From an uncultured Anaerolineaceae bacterium (GTDB lineage Bacteria > Chloroflexota > Anaerolineae > Anaerolineales > E44-bin32): DNA of 64,000 nucleotides. The notes under the pieces are model-generated. The model did not search any database. It worked only from the letters and a program-made list of their open reading frames with translations, and had not been told where the DNA came from. The stretch covers positions 30,091-94,090 of the forward strand of contig CAYLOO010000002.1 in assembly GCA_964385355.1 (NCBI GenBank). Direction: 5' to 3'. The stretch's first letter is position 1. Each line of letters opens with the position of its first letter. A program made the translations under genes and the position numbers. Positions 55,567-64,000 of this stretch are shown piece after piece.

Positions 55567-56667
55567 CTAAGAATATTTTCCCAATTCGCGTGCGTTCAAC
55601 AAATCGACTAAACGCTTCACTTTATCAGCCTTTTCTCTCCGGCAAATAAGCAGCACATCCTCGGTATCAATTATGACAAGGTCATCGATTCCAAGAGTGG
55701 CAATAAGACGACCCGATTCTTTTTGCTCATCTTGCAGGACAATCACGCCTCGTGTATCTAGCAAAAGTGCGGTTCCGGCATCGCTAACATTTCCATCCTC
55801 ATCTTTCTCGAGAACGTTATATAAGCGATTCCAATCTCCAACGTCAATCCAGCCCAGGTCATCAGCGGGAATCACGACGACACCTTCCGCCCCTTCCATC
55901 ACGCCGTAATCAATCGTGATACTCCTCAGTTCATTCCAAACTGCAGCAACTGTTTCACGCTCTCGATCCGTATCCAAAGCCATCTCAATCTCTTGTAACC
56001 CGGAAAAAAGATCCGGCATTTGACGTTTGAATTCTTCTAAGATGCGGTCGGTTCGCCAGACAAACATTCCTGAATTCCAGCTGTATTCACCGCTTTTTTG
56101 ATACTCCAAGGCAAGATCCACGTCCGGCTTTTCTCTGAACGCCTGAACTGCAAACGTTTGGAATCCCCGGTATATCCCTGCACCATCTCCTGTATGAATG
56201 TATCCGTAGGTTGGATCCGGAGCTTCGGGCGTAATCCCCAGAGTAACTAGGTTATTATCAAGCGCAGCCTCGTAGGCCGCTAGTAGGAGCTCCCGGAATG
56301 CTGGCTCGTTGGCCATATAGTGATCCGCCGTCAGACAGGCCATGACGCTTCCGGGATTGCGATGGTTGAGATAAATTGCAGCGAGTCCGATCACCGAAGC
56401 GGTGCCGCGCGGAGATGGCTCAATAATGAAATTCTCCAGCAGCAGCGATTCCTCTTGCTTGGCTAGAATCTGCGCATGATCTTCAACCGTGAGCACGAGA
56501 ATGTTCGCAGGATCGATAATCGGCATAAGCCGCTCCACCGAAATCTGAAAGAGCGTCCTGCCTCCAAAAAACTTGAGCGTTTGTTTGGGGCGCTTTTTTC
56601 TAGATAAAGGCCAGAGTCGGGTCCCCCCTCCTCCAGCCATTATCGCAGCATAGTAATTTGGACCCAT
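55567..56667 (-). CDS. Mannose-1-phosphate guanylyltransferase-like nucleotidyltransferase
   Basis: AAIMAGGGGTRLWPLSRKKRPKQ. Start ATG 56667 is preferred (AGGTGGA 8 nt upstream). The track ORF extends to 56703. Confidence 0.85.
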   Translation of the reverse strand: MGPNYYAAIMAGGGGTRLWPLSRKKRPKQTLKFFGGRTLFQISVERLMPIIDPANILVLTVEDHAQILAKQEESLLLENFIIEPSPRGTASVIGLAAIYLNHRNPGSVMACLTADHYMANEPAFRELLLAAYEAALDNNLVTLGITPEAPDPTYGYIHTGDGAGIYRGFQTFAVQAFREKPDVDLALEYQKSGEYSWNSGMFVWRTDRILEEFKRQMPDLFSGLQEIEMALDTDRERETVAAVWNELRSITIDYGVMEGAEGVVVIPADDLGWIDVGDWNRLYNVLEKDEDGNVSDAGTALLLDTRGVIVLQDEQKESGRLIATLGIDDLVIIDTEDVLLICRREKADKVKRLVDLLNARELGKYS

Positions 56668-56671
56668 GGGT

Positions 56672-57773
56672 TTAATCCACCTTATATGTCGCTCTTGCCT
56701 CACGAATTCTTACGAAGTTCATACCGCCAACCTGCTTAATCCGCCCCTTTAATTCCAACATTGCGAGCGCTGCATTTACGGCTGACACTGGCAGCGAGCA
56801 GCGTGTCTGCAGTTCGTCAACGTGAATCGGCTGCTTGCTTAATGCTTGCTCAATCTCGTCTTCGGGGAGTTGCTCTGCAACGTCATCCTGACTGCTAACA
56901 AGATCCAGATTTAATACCTCTAAGGCCTCTTCAGGTTTTACTAAAGGGTGTGCTCCGGCTTGGATCAACCGATTCGTCCCTTTACTGCTCGGCTTATAAA
57001 TATCGCCCGGTACAGCAAATACATCTCTATCCTGATCTGCTGAGAAGTCCGCTGTGATGAGCGCCCCACTCGACTCGCCAGTCTCGATGACTATAACGGC
57101 CAAAGAAAGCCCGCTGATAATGCGGTTGCGGGGAGGAAAATTACGCCCCTCTGGCTTCGTCCCCAGAGGATAATCGCTGACGACCGATCCCTGTGCCGCG
57201 ATCTTATCCGCCAAGCCACGATGTTCAGGGGGATAGATTTTATCCATCCCTGAACCCAACACTGTAATAGTTCTTCCGCCTGCATCGATCGCCGCCTGGT
57301 GAGCAATCCCATCGATCCCGCGAGCAAGGCCAGAGATAATCGTTACGCCGCACCCGGCCAGAACATACGCGATTTCGCGTGCAACCGATTTCCCGTATTG
57401 CGTCGCTCGTCGTGTGCCAACGATTGCTGCAGCCAGGCGATCGTCATCCCCCAATTCACCGTTTAGGTAGAGAAGCGGTGGCGGCAAGTCTATCTCGCGG
57501 AGCCTGGCGGGATAGTTCCGATCTTTAATCGTAAGTAATGAAAACCCCTGTTCGTAAATCCGTTCCAGTTCCCGATCAAGATCCATCTCGTTACGTGCCG
57601 CCAAGATGGATTGAATTGTTTTTTTGTCCTAACCCAGCCTTCCGCAATTCCGACGCTGTCGCCTTCCAGGCAGATTCCAAATCTCCGAAGGCTTCCAGGA
57701 GCAGCTTGAAGCGTGCCGCGCCTACACCGCTAATTCGATTGAATCCAACCCAATAACGAAGATCGTCCCCCAT
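56672..57773 (-). pseudogene. dprA: DNA processing protein DprA (Smf), split by a +1 frameshift in an A7 run
   Basis: The track shows two ORFs, at 57591-57773 (N-terminal SAM-like domain) and 56672-57604 (Rossmann domain, GLARGIDGIAHQAA). Deleting one A at 57619-57625 fuses them in frame. Confidence 0.85.
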
Positions 57774-58111
57774 AGTATCTCCTATTTGTACTTTCCTTTA
57801 CGAAAGCCGGTTGAGAATACCATAGCGATTCCGCGTGTGTCAAGTTCTCCCTTTACAAACACACAACCCGATCCAATCACAACCATCTAAGCCCGAAAGT
57901 ATCACACGATCGGCGATCTGGATGGTAGAATTCGGTATCAATCAACCATTTCATCGAGAGTAAAATTATGGAACCCTCCTTCATCTAACTGCTATTTAAA
58001 CGCAAATCTACATTTCAATCTCTTCAGTAAATTCCGACATTCTCTCTGTCAGACGAATAATCGGTTCAACGATTTCTAGCCATAAGTTCCCACATCACTG
58101 AGAAGCGTGAA

Positions 58112-59914
58112 ATGGACAAGCAGCGCGATTTCCAACACATCGTAACGGACAACAGATTGGTGGGCTTGCTGCGCGTGATGCGTGGTTATCGCTTTATCTA
58201 CATCATCGCCACCATTAGCCTTGGCGTAGCGGCACTTGCCAGGACAGCGATATATCTATGGCTCCGGTACTTTATCGATGACGTACTCCCAAGCGTTCCA
58301 ACATCAACACGCTTATTCTGGGTGGGCATGGGTTTTATCGGGCTTGCCCTTTTACAGGGCTTCTTTACCTTCGTCAGCGGAGCGCTCGCCGCCAGAACGG
58401 CAGAGGGAATTGTCCGACAGCTAAGAAACTATCTATTTGACCACATTCAACGCCTGACTTTTACCTATCACGACCAGACGCCAACAGGCGAACTCATTCA
58501 GCGCTGCACCTCAGATGTCGATGCTTTACGTAGATTCTTCGCTGATCAAGTCATCGGCCTGGGGCGTATCCTTCTACTTTTTGGCTTAAACTTCGCTGCG
58601 ATCTTCAGTATAAGTCCGGTGCTCGCGTGGCGATCAATCGTCGTGATCCCGCTCATCATAATCCTTTCCTACTTCTTCTTCCGAAAGATTTCTAAACTCT
58701 ACGAGTCCTACCAGGAACAAGAAGCAGTTCTATCGACAACACTTCAGGAAAATCTGAGCGGCACACGAGTAGTGAAGGCCTTCGCCCGTCAGGCTTTCGA
58801 GAGAGAGAAGTTCGAGCGCGAAAATTGGGGGAAATTTGTTCTTGGTCGCCGCCTGCTCACCATGCACGCCTATTATTGGCCCTTATCAGACATCCTCGCC
58901 AGTTTCCAGATGATCGCCGGCCTTGCCATCGGGGCGTTAATGACAATCGACGGATCCTTATCCATCGGCTCTTATATCGCCTATACCGGAATGCTAATCT
59001 GGATCATTTGGCCAATGAGAAACCTGGGGCGTCTTATCGTCCAAATGTCTATGGGGGTGGTCTCATACAGCCGAGTTGTAGAAGTGATCCGTCAAATCCG
59101 AGAACCTATGGATGTCGGTGCTTATCCACAGGATCGTGACTCATCCGGTCAAATTATCTTTAACAACGTTGGTTTCGCTTATGAAGATGGTTCCCCTGTT
59201 CTTGAAAACATCTCCTTCGAATGCGAACCCGGCGATGTCATTGGCTTACTAGGACCTACCGGATCTGGCAAGACCACGCTCGTCAACCTGCTTCCACGTT
59301 TCTATGACTACACAAACGGTAGCTTGCAGCTCGACGGGGTTGAACTCAATGAGTACTCACGGCGTTTCCTGAGGCAGCAAATCGGGATCGTTGAGCAAGA
59401 GCCCTTCTTGTTTTCGAGGACGATACGAGAAAATATAACTCTTGGCGTAAATCGCGATTTATCCCAGGAAGAAATTGAAGCCGCTGCCCGCGCCGCAGCG
59501 ATCCACGAAACGATTATGACGTTTCCAGAAGACTATGAAACGCTCGTGGGAGAGAGAGGCGTAACGCTCTCTGGCGGTCAGAAACAAAGAATTGCCATTG
59601 CCCGTACGCTGTTAAAAGATCCCTGCATTCTCATCCTTGACGATTCGACATCTTCCGTGGATACACTGACTGAAACGGAAATTCGCGAAGCTTTAAATCG
59701 ATTGATGGAAAACAGGACGACATTCATCATTGCTCATCGCATTCAGAGCGTAATGAACGCCGATCGGATACTCGTTTTGGATAAGGGGAAAGTCGTACAG
59801 CATGGGGTTCACGAGGAACTCATCACCGAGGATGGGATATATCAGAAGATCCACGAAATGCAGACACAGATCGAAGATGCACTTGAACAGGAGCTGACAG
59901 ATGTCGGTAGTTGA
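58112..59914 (+). CDS. ABC exporter, fused permease/ATPase subunit (MdlA-like half transporter)
   Basis: Six N-terminal TM segments. Walker A GPTGSGKTT, signature LSGGQKQR, Walker B ILILDD. Confidence 0.9.
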   Translation: MDKQRDFQHIVTDNRLVGLLRVMRGYRFIYIIATISLGVAALARTAIYLWLRYFIDDVLPSVPTSTRLFWVGMGFIGLALLQGFFTFVSGALAARTAEGIVRQLRNYLFDHIQRLTFTYHDQTPTGELIQRCTSDVDALRRFFADQVIGLGRILLLFGLNFAAIFSISPVLAWRSIVVIPLIIILSYFFFRKISKLYESYQEQEAVLSTTLQENLSGTRVVKAFARQAFEREKFERENWGKFVLGRRLLTMHAYYWPLSDILASFQMIAGLAIGALMTIDGSLSIGSYIAYTGMLIWIIWPMRNLGRLIVQMSMGVVSYSRVVEVIRQIREPMDVGAYPQDRDSSGQIIFNNVGFAYEDGSPVLENISFECEPGDVIGLLGPTGSGKTTLVNLLPRFYDYTNGSLQLDGVELNEYSRRFLRQQIGIVEQEPFLFSRTIRENITLGVNRDLSQEEIEAAARAAAIHETIMTFPEDYETLVGERGVTLSGGQKQRIAIARTLLKDPCILILDDSTSSVDTLTETEIREALNRLMENRTTFIIAHRIQSVMNADRILVLDKGKVVQHGVHEELITEDGIYQKIHEMQTQIEDALEQELTDVGS

Positions 59915-61706
59915 ATTCAGAGAAGAGGAATTCTCAACAGAATTCAACGGGCGTACCGTGCTCCGCATCCTGGGTCTCACGAAACCCCACTGGCCCTGGT
60001 TGATCGGATTCGTTGTTACGATAGGTGTCGTTTCGGCTCTCGATGCCTACTTCACATTCCTCGGTAAACAGATCATCGATGATGGCATCCTCGCGGGCGA
60101 CCGTGCTGCCTTATTCAAGATTATTCGTACCTATGGCTTGTTCACCATTGTGCAGGTTCTTAACGTCTTTGGTTTCATTTACCTGGCCGGGGTGCTTGGT
60201 GAGCGGGTCCAATACGACCTGCGCAAGAACACATTCAACCACCTCCAGAACCTTTCGCTCTCATACTTCGATCGGACACCCGTAGGATGGATTATGTCGC
60301 GGGTGACTTCAGATTCTGAGCGAATCGCGCAGCTGGTCACTTGGGGTCTGCTGGATGTAACCTGGGGATTGCTGAATATCGGAACAGCAGTCTACTTCAT
60401 GTTGGTGATCAATTGGCAGCTGGCTCTTATCGTCCTCTTGATGATCCCAATCCTCATCGTTATCGCAGCACAATTCAAGAAAAAGATTCTTCTCCAATTT
60501 CGTCTTGTCCGAAAAATAAACTCCAAGATTACCGGCGCCTACAACGAGCAAATTGCAGGGGTTCGGGTGATCAAGGCACTCAACCGTGAAGTGAAGAGTC
60601 TTAACGAGTTCAATGAGCTCGCAAGCGAGATGTATAACGCAAGCTATCGTGCCGCCTGGCTCTCGGCGCTATTCCTCCCTACAGTTCAATTCGTAAGTGC
60701 GATTGCCATCGGAGCGATCACCTGGTACGGCGGCCTTCAAGTGCCGATAGCTGGAATCACAATCGGAGGTATTCAGGCGTTTATTTCCTACATCACCTTC
60801 ATGATGTGGCCGATTCAAGATTTAGCCCGGGTTTACGCAGAAATGCAGCATGCGATCGCTTCCGCCGAGCGCGTTTTTTCACTCATCGACTCGACACCAG
60901 AAGTGCAAGATAAACCGGACGCGTTCGATCCCGGCAGCATCCAAGGGGACATCTCCTTCGAAGGCGTTGATTTCTTCTATGAAAAAGAAACGCTCGTCCT
61001 TGAGGATTTCAACCTCAAAGTTCGCAGAGGGGAGACCATCGCCCTTGTTGGTCCAACAGGCGGCGGGAAGAGCACAATCGTAAATCTCGTCAGCCGTTTC
61101 TACGAACCTAGCAAGGGAAGAATAACCATCGGCGGCCAAGATTACACAGACTTCTCTCTTTATGCCATTCACTCCCGCATCGGCATGGTCCTGCAAACAC
61201 CTCATCTATTCTCTGGAACCGTTCTTGATAACCTGCGCTACGGGCGATTAGATGCCGTCGCTGAGGAGATCCAGAATGCGGCAGAGATCGCGGGTGCCCA
61301 TGACTTTATTACCAAGTTGGATAAAGGCTACGATACTGAAGTCGGCGAAGGCGGTATCCTGCTTTCTGTTGGACAGAAGCAGCTCATCAGCCTAGCCAGA
61401 GCCTTACTCGCCGACCCTGAGATCTTCATCATGGACGAAGCGACAAGCTCTGTCGACACGCTCACTGAAGCACTCATCCAGCAGGGCATGGCAGCGCTCA
61501 CGGATGAGAGAACCAGTTTCATCATCGCCCATCGTCTCTCCACCATCAAACGCGCCGACCGCATCCTCGTGATCGAAAACGGCAAGATCCTTGAGATGGG
61601 TACACACGCTGAATTACTGGAAGATAAAGGGCATTACTACAAGCTGTATACCGAACAATTCCGACGGCAGCTCGAACAAGAGCTGGACCCATTCCAACAA
61701 AACTAA
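59901..61706 (+). CDS. ABC exporter, fused permease/ATPase subunit (MdlB-like half transporter)
   Basis: Walker A GPTGGGKST, signature LSVGQKQL, Walker B IFIMDE. Overlaps the partner gene by 14 bp, suggesting a heterodimer. Confidence 0.9.
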   Translation: MSVVEFREEEFSTEFNGRTVLRILGLTKPHWPWLIGFVVTIGVVSALDAYFTFLGKQIIDDGILAGDRAALFKIIRTYGLFTIVQVLNVFGFIYLAGVLGERVQYDLRKNTFNHLQNLSLSYFDRTPVGWIMSRVTSDSERIAQLVTWGLLDVTWGLLNIGTAVYFMLVINWQLALIVLLMIPILIVIAAQFKKKILLQFRLVRKINSKITGAYNEQIAGVRVIKALNREVKSLNEFNELASEMYNASYRAAWLSALFLPTVQFVSAIAIGAITWYGGLQVPIAGITIGGIQAFISYITFMMWPIQDLARVYAEMQHAIASAERVFSLIDSTPEVQDKPDAFDPGSIQGDISFEGVDFFYEKETLVLEDFNLKVRRGETIALVGPTGGGKSTIVNLVSRFYEPSKGRITIGGQDYTDFSLYAIHSRIGMVLQTPHLFSGTVLDNLRYGRLDAVAEEIQNAAEIAGAHDFITKLDKGYDTEVGEGGILLSVGQKQLISLARALLADPEIFIMDEATSSVDTLTEALIQQGMAALTDERTSFIIAHRLSTIKRADRILVIENGKILEMGTHAELLEDKGHYYKLYTEQFRRQLEQELDPFQQN

Positions 61707-62170
61707 TCGCCGCCGATGCGTTCTCTTCGCTATGACAATGACTTGAAGGGCTGTGCACTACTAAATGTCATTTCTAGAAAGCCGGGAAACAGTGTAGGAA
61801 TGACAGTATGCAGGAACTTGTCATGGCGAACCCATTCGACTTTACTCCCCAATCTCTTCGGTCGGTGACTTCGCAGGCAAAACTCCGTGATGCATCTCGC
61901 TCTTTGACCTTAATTAATCTCCATGCCGTAAACAGGATTCTTCGTCGCCAAGTTCATTCTGAACTTGTCTAATGGTTCCTCAGAATTCCATTGGCCAATA
62001 ACCTGTCATGCAGAGTGAAGCGAGAAATCCTAATATTGATTCTCTTCGGGACTCCAGCTGCTGACAGACTCCATTCATGATTAGATCAGAGCTTAACCCT
62101 CTCGCAGTTTTATTAGCCGTGAGTCTGCCCGGATCTTACAGTCATCTGCGCGCACAATTACCAGGTGATC
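61707..62170. repeat. ORF-free region with clustered short direct and inverted repeats
   Basis: TCTCTTCG occurs three times (61722, 61853, 62041). TGTCAT/ATGACA occurs five times. An imperfect inverted repeat pairs AGGATTCTTCGTCGC (61934) with GCGAGAAATCCT (62020). The track has no ORF of 60 aa or more. Confidence 0.7.
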
Positions 62171-62173
62171 AAT

Positions 62174-62204
62174 AAAAAAGCCGCCTGGTATATTCCAGGC
62201 GGCT
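62174..62204 (-). terminator. Intrinsic terminator downstream of tRNA-Asp
   Basis: AGCCGCCTGG-tatatt-CCAGGCGGCT (10-bp stem). The T-run is on the minus strand (A6 at 62174-62179 on plus). Confidence 0.88.
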
Positions 62205-62206
62205 AG

Positions 62207-62280
62207 CGGGGATGACGGGATTCGAACCCGCGATCTCTGCCTTGACAGGGCAGCGTGTTAAGCCACTACACTACACCCCC
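62207..62280 (-). tRNA. tRNA-Asp (anticodon GTC)
   Basis: The reverse complement reads GGGGGTG TA GTGT AGTGGCTTA ACAC G CTGCC CTGTCAA GGCAG AGATC GCGGG TTCGAAT CCCGT CATCCCC G. CCA is not encoded. Confidence 0.92.
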
Positions 62281-62367
62281 GTAGTGAAAAAAGTATAACG
62301 CAAGCCGCGGACTTCGGTCAAGACTGCGATACTAGTTGTAATTGACATTTTCGAGCAGGGGTGACAC

Positions 62368-63678
62368 TCAAAGTAAATCCGCGAGGATACGCGCGGCGCA
62401 ATCTTTTCCAGTATACAGTGCGCCGCCAGTGCTTGGTCCTGCGAAGTAGTCACCACAGAAATAGATCGGACCTTCCTGCGGGTCCTCCCAGAACTTGGTT
62501 AACGCATTCAAATATCCTGGGCGGAATGTTGGCACCTTCTCGCGCCAGCGGAAAATGCGGTGATCTACAAACCTACCTTTGATTTCCGGAAAGATCCTTG
62601 AGGCCGTCTCTTCGGCCTCCTTGTTTAATTCTTCCTCAGGCTTATCCATACTAAAGGTGTAGATGCTAGGGTCGGAGATCATCAACCAGTGACCATCTTT
62701 GAACTGTTCGAAACCAACGCCGCTAATGGGGAGTTTAGTTGAACGTGGGATGAAGACGCCCTCTACTTCAGGCTGGTAATCCGTCTCCACGATATGGTAA
62801 TGAAGCGCACCTGTGCTGTAGTTCACATGAGGGAAGAACTGCCGCCATGCAGGCTGCGGCGCGTCAAACAAGTTCAGAACATAATTGCCCGGAATAGCGA
62901 CGACAACAGAGCTGGCGGATATGACTTTCTCGCTTCCATCTTTCTCGTATCGTACGTTTGCACCGCTGCCATCAGGCAGCACTTCGATACGCTTCACTCG
63001 CGAGCTTAGATCGATCTCAAAGCGTTCCGCCAACGTGTTCGGAAGCACACCAACGCCGTCTTTAAAAGTGACTGAATTGGCGTTCATATAGGCAACCATC
63101 ATGGCTAAAAATGCTTTGCTTGAGATATCATCTCCAGAATAGGAGCACATGACCTCGAACATCGGGATAGCCCAATATTCAAACATCTCTTCACTGATCC
63201 GGTTGTAAAAGAATTGTTCATAGGTCTCTTCCAGATCAGGGCCTGGCGCTTGTTCCAAATGGTAGACGTTCTTCAAGCGAATCATCTTTAAGAAGTGTGG
63301 AATCAGTTTGAGCATCGCCAATCGTGCAGGCAAAGACACCCCACTCCACGTGAAGTAAGACGGGATGGAGAGAAAATTTGCGGAATGAAGTTTGTCATTA
63401 CGGTAGATAGTGATTGTAAGACCCGATTCATCTCGAACTAACTGATCTTCAAGACCAAGCACCCGAACCATTTCCAGGAGTGATTTGTCCGTGGTGGTGA
63501 CAAATTTAGCCCCGATGTCTACTTTGAAACCTCCCCAATCTACGGTCGTCATGCGTCCGCCGACATGATCCCTCTCTTCGAGAAGGATCACCTCGTGCCC
63601 AGCGTTTTGCAATTCATAGGCAGCTGACAAACCGGAAATACCTGCGCCGACAATAATGACCGATGCCTCTGATTTCAC
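62368..63678 (-). CDS. FAD-dependent amine-oxidase-fold oxidoreductase (protoporphyrinogen oxidase / phytoene desaturase-like)
   Basis: VIIVGAGISGLSAAYELQNAGHEVILLEERDHVGGR, and the C-terminus FCGDYFAGPSTGGALYTG. Confidence 0.8.
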   Translation of the reverse strand: MKSEASVIIVGAGISGLSAAYELQNAGHEVILLEERDHVGGRMTTVDWGGFKVDIGAKFVTTTDKSLLEMVRVLGLEDQLVRDESGLTITIYRNDKLHSANFLSIPSYFTWSGVSLPARLAMLKLIPHFLKMIRLKNVYHLEQAPGPDLEETYEQFFYNRISEEMFEYWAIPMFEVMCSYSGDDISSKAFLAMMVAYMNANSVTFKDGVGVLPNTLAERFEIDLSSRVKRIEVLPDGSGANVRYEKDGSEKVISASSVVVAIPGNYVLNLFDAPQPAWRQFFPHVNYSTGALHYHIVETDYQPEVEGVFIPRSTKLPISGVGFEQFKDGHWLMISDPSIYTFSMDKPEEELNKEAEETASRIFPEIKGRFVDHRIFRWREKVPTFRPGYLNALTKFWEDPQEGPIYFCGDYFAGPSTGGALYTGKDCAARILADLL

Positions 63679-63931
63679 GATATTCTCCTATTTATGTACT
63701 TGCCTGTACGGTGAGCGCTAGAGAGTCTCATTTTGGCTTAATTGAGCAAACACTGCAAATGAATAAAAAGAGTGGATCGGAAATGAGCTTTTCCTAGGAG
63801 GTAAACACGGATTTAGCTTTCCTCCCTTGAACTCAGGTTTGGTTTGTGCAAGAATCTCGGGTGATCCATACAATCCGTGGTTGAAGGGCATTATCAGGTA
63901 GCGTATAATCCCTCTTTGAAGTGGAGGTTTA

Positions 63932-64000
63932 ATGGCAGGCAAGAAGATGACTAAGGGGAAAAATAGCAGCATGACCAGTGCAGAGATCCGGCAATCGTTC
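63932..64000 (+). CDS. alaS: Alanine--tRNA ligase, N-terminal fragment (continues beyond the window)
   Basis: MAGKKMTKGKNSSMTSAEIRQSF contains the AlaRS start pattern SAEIRQxF. GGAGG lies just upstream and TATAAT at 63904. The true start could be any of three in-frame ATGs. Confidence 0.6.
   Translation, partial: MAGKKMTKGKNSSMTSAEIRQSF

Noticed and set aside
63718-63972. 84-aa minus-strand ORF
   Set aside because: It covers the alaS promoter, ribosome-binding site and start region, and has no motifs. The alaS N-terminus on the plus strand explains the region better.

Overview
The window reads as a gene-dense chromosomal core region, about 60 genes with short gaps or 4-bp overlaps and roughly 50% GC. 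I found no transposase, integrase, CRISPR array or obvious prophage. The protein-family mix (a mevalonate-decarboxylase homolog, topoisomerase I with an N-terminal zinc ribbon, FHA and Ser/Thr-kinase signalling, GGAGG ribosome-binding sites) suggests a Chloroflexota/Anaerolineae-like bacterium, but that is inference only.

Confident calls:
- A trans-translation locus: smpB, an unknown gene, then ssrA (tmRNA).
- Housekeeping and metabolic genes: recJ, fmt, glpA/glpB, selB, hisS followed by tRNA-His, mvaD-family, rseP, radC, eno, mnmA, nnr, aor, dgt, greA, topA, the start of alaS, a pair of ABC exporter genes, and tRNA-Asp.
- A histidine ammonia-lyase-like gene.
- dprA, which is frameshifted.

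Observations most worth a second look:
1. A terminator and alternative-hairpin leader with a His-His mini-ORF directly in front of hisS. This is a candidate histidine-sensing attenuator.
2. An operon of three highly diverged Mrp/complex-I antiporter-like membrane proteins plus a coiled-coil protein, upstream of selB.
3. An uncharacterised gene translationally coupled to smpB and sitting between smpB and ssrA.
4. A recurring extended -10 promoter placed 6-9 nt before ATG codons that lack a Shine-Dalgarno, which implies leaderless mRNAs.
5. A single-base homopolymer frameshift in dprA, and a G10 tract inside a GH3 glycosidase gene.
6. A 460-bp ORF-free region full of short repeats next to tRNA-Asp.

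All functional calls rest on motif recognition by eye. No database search was run.
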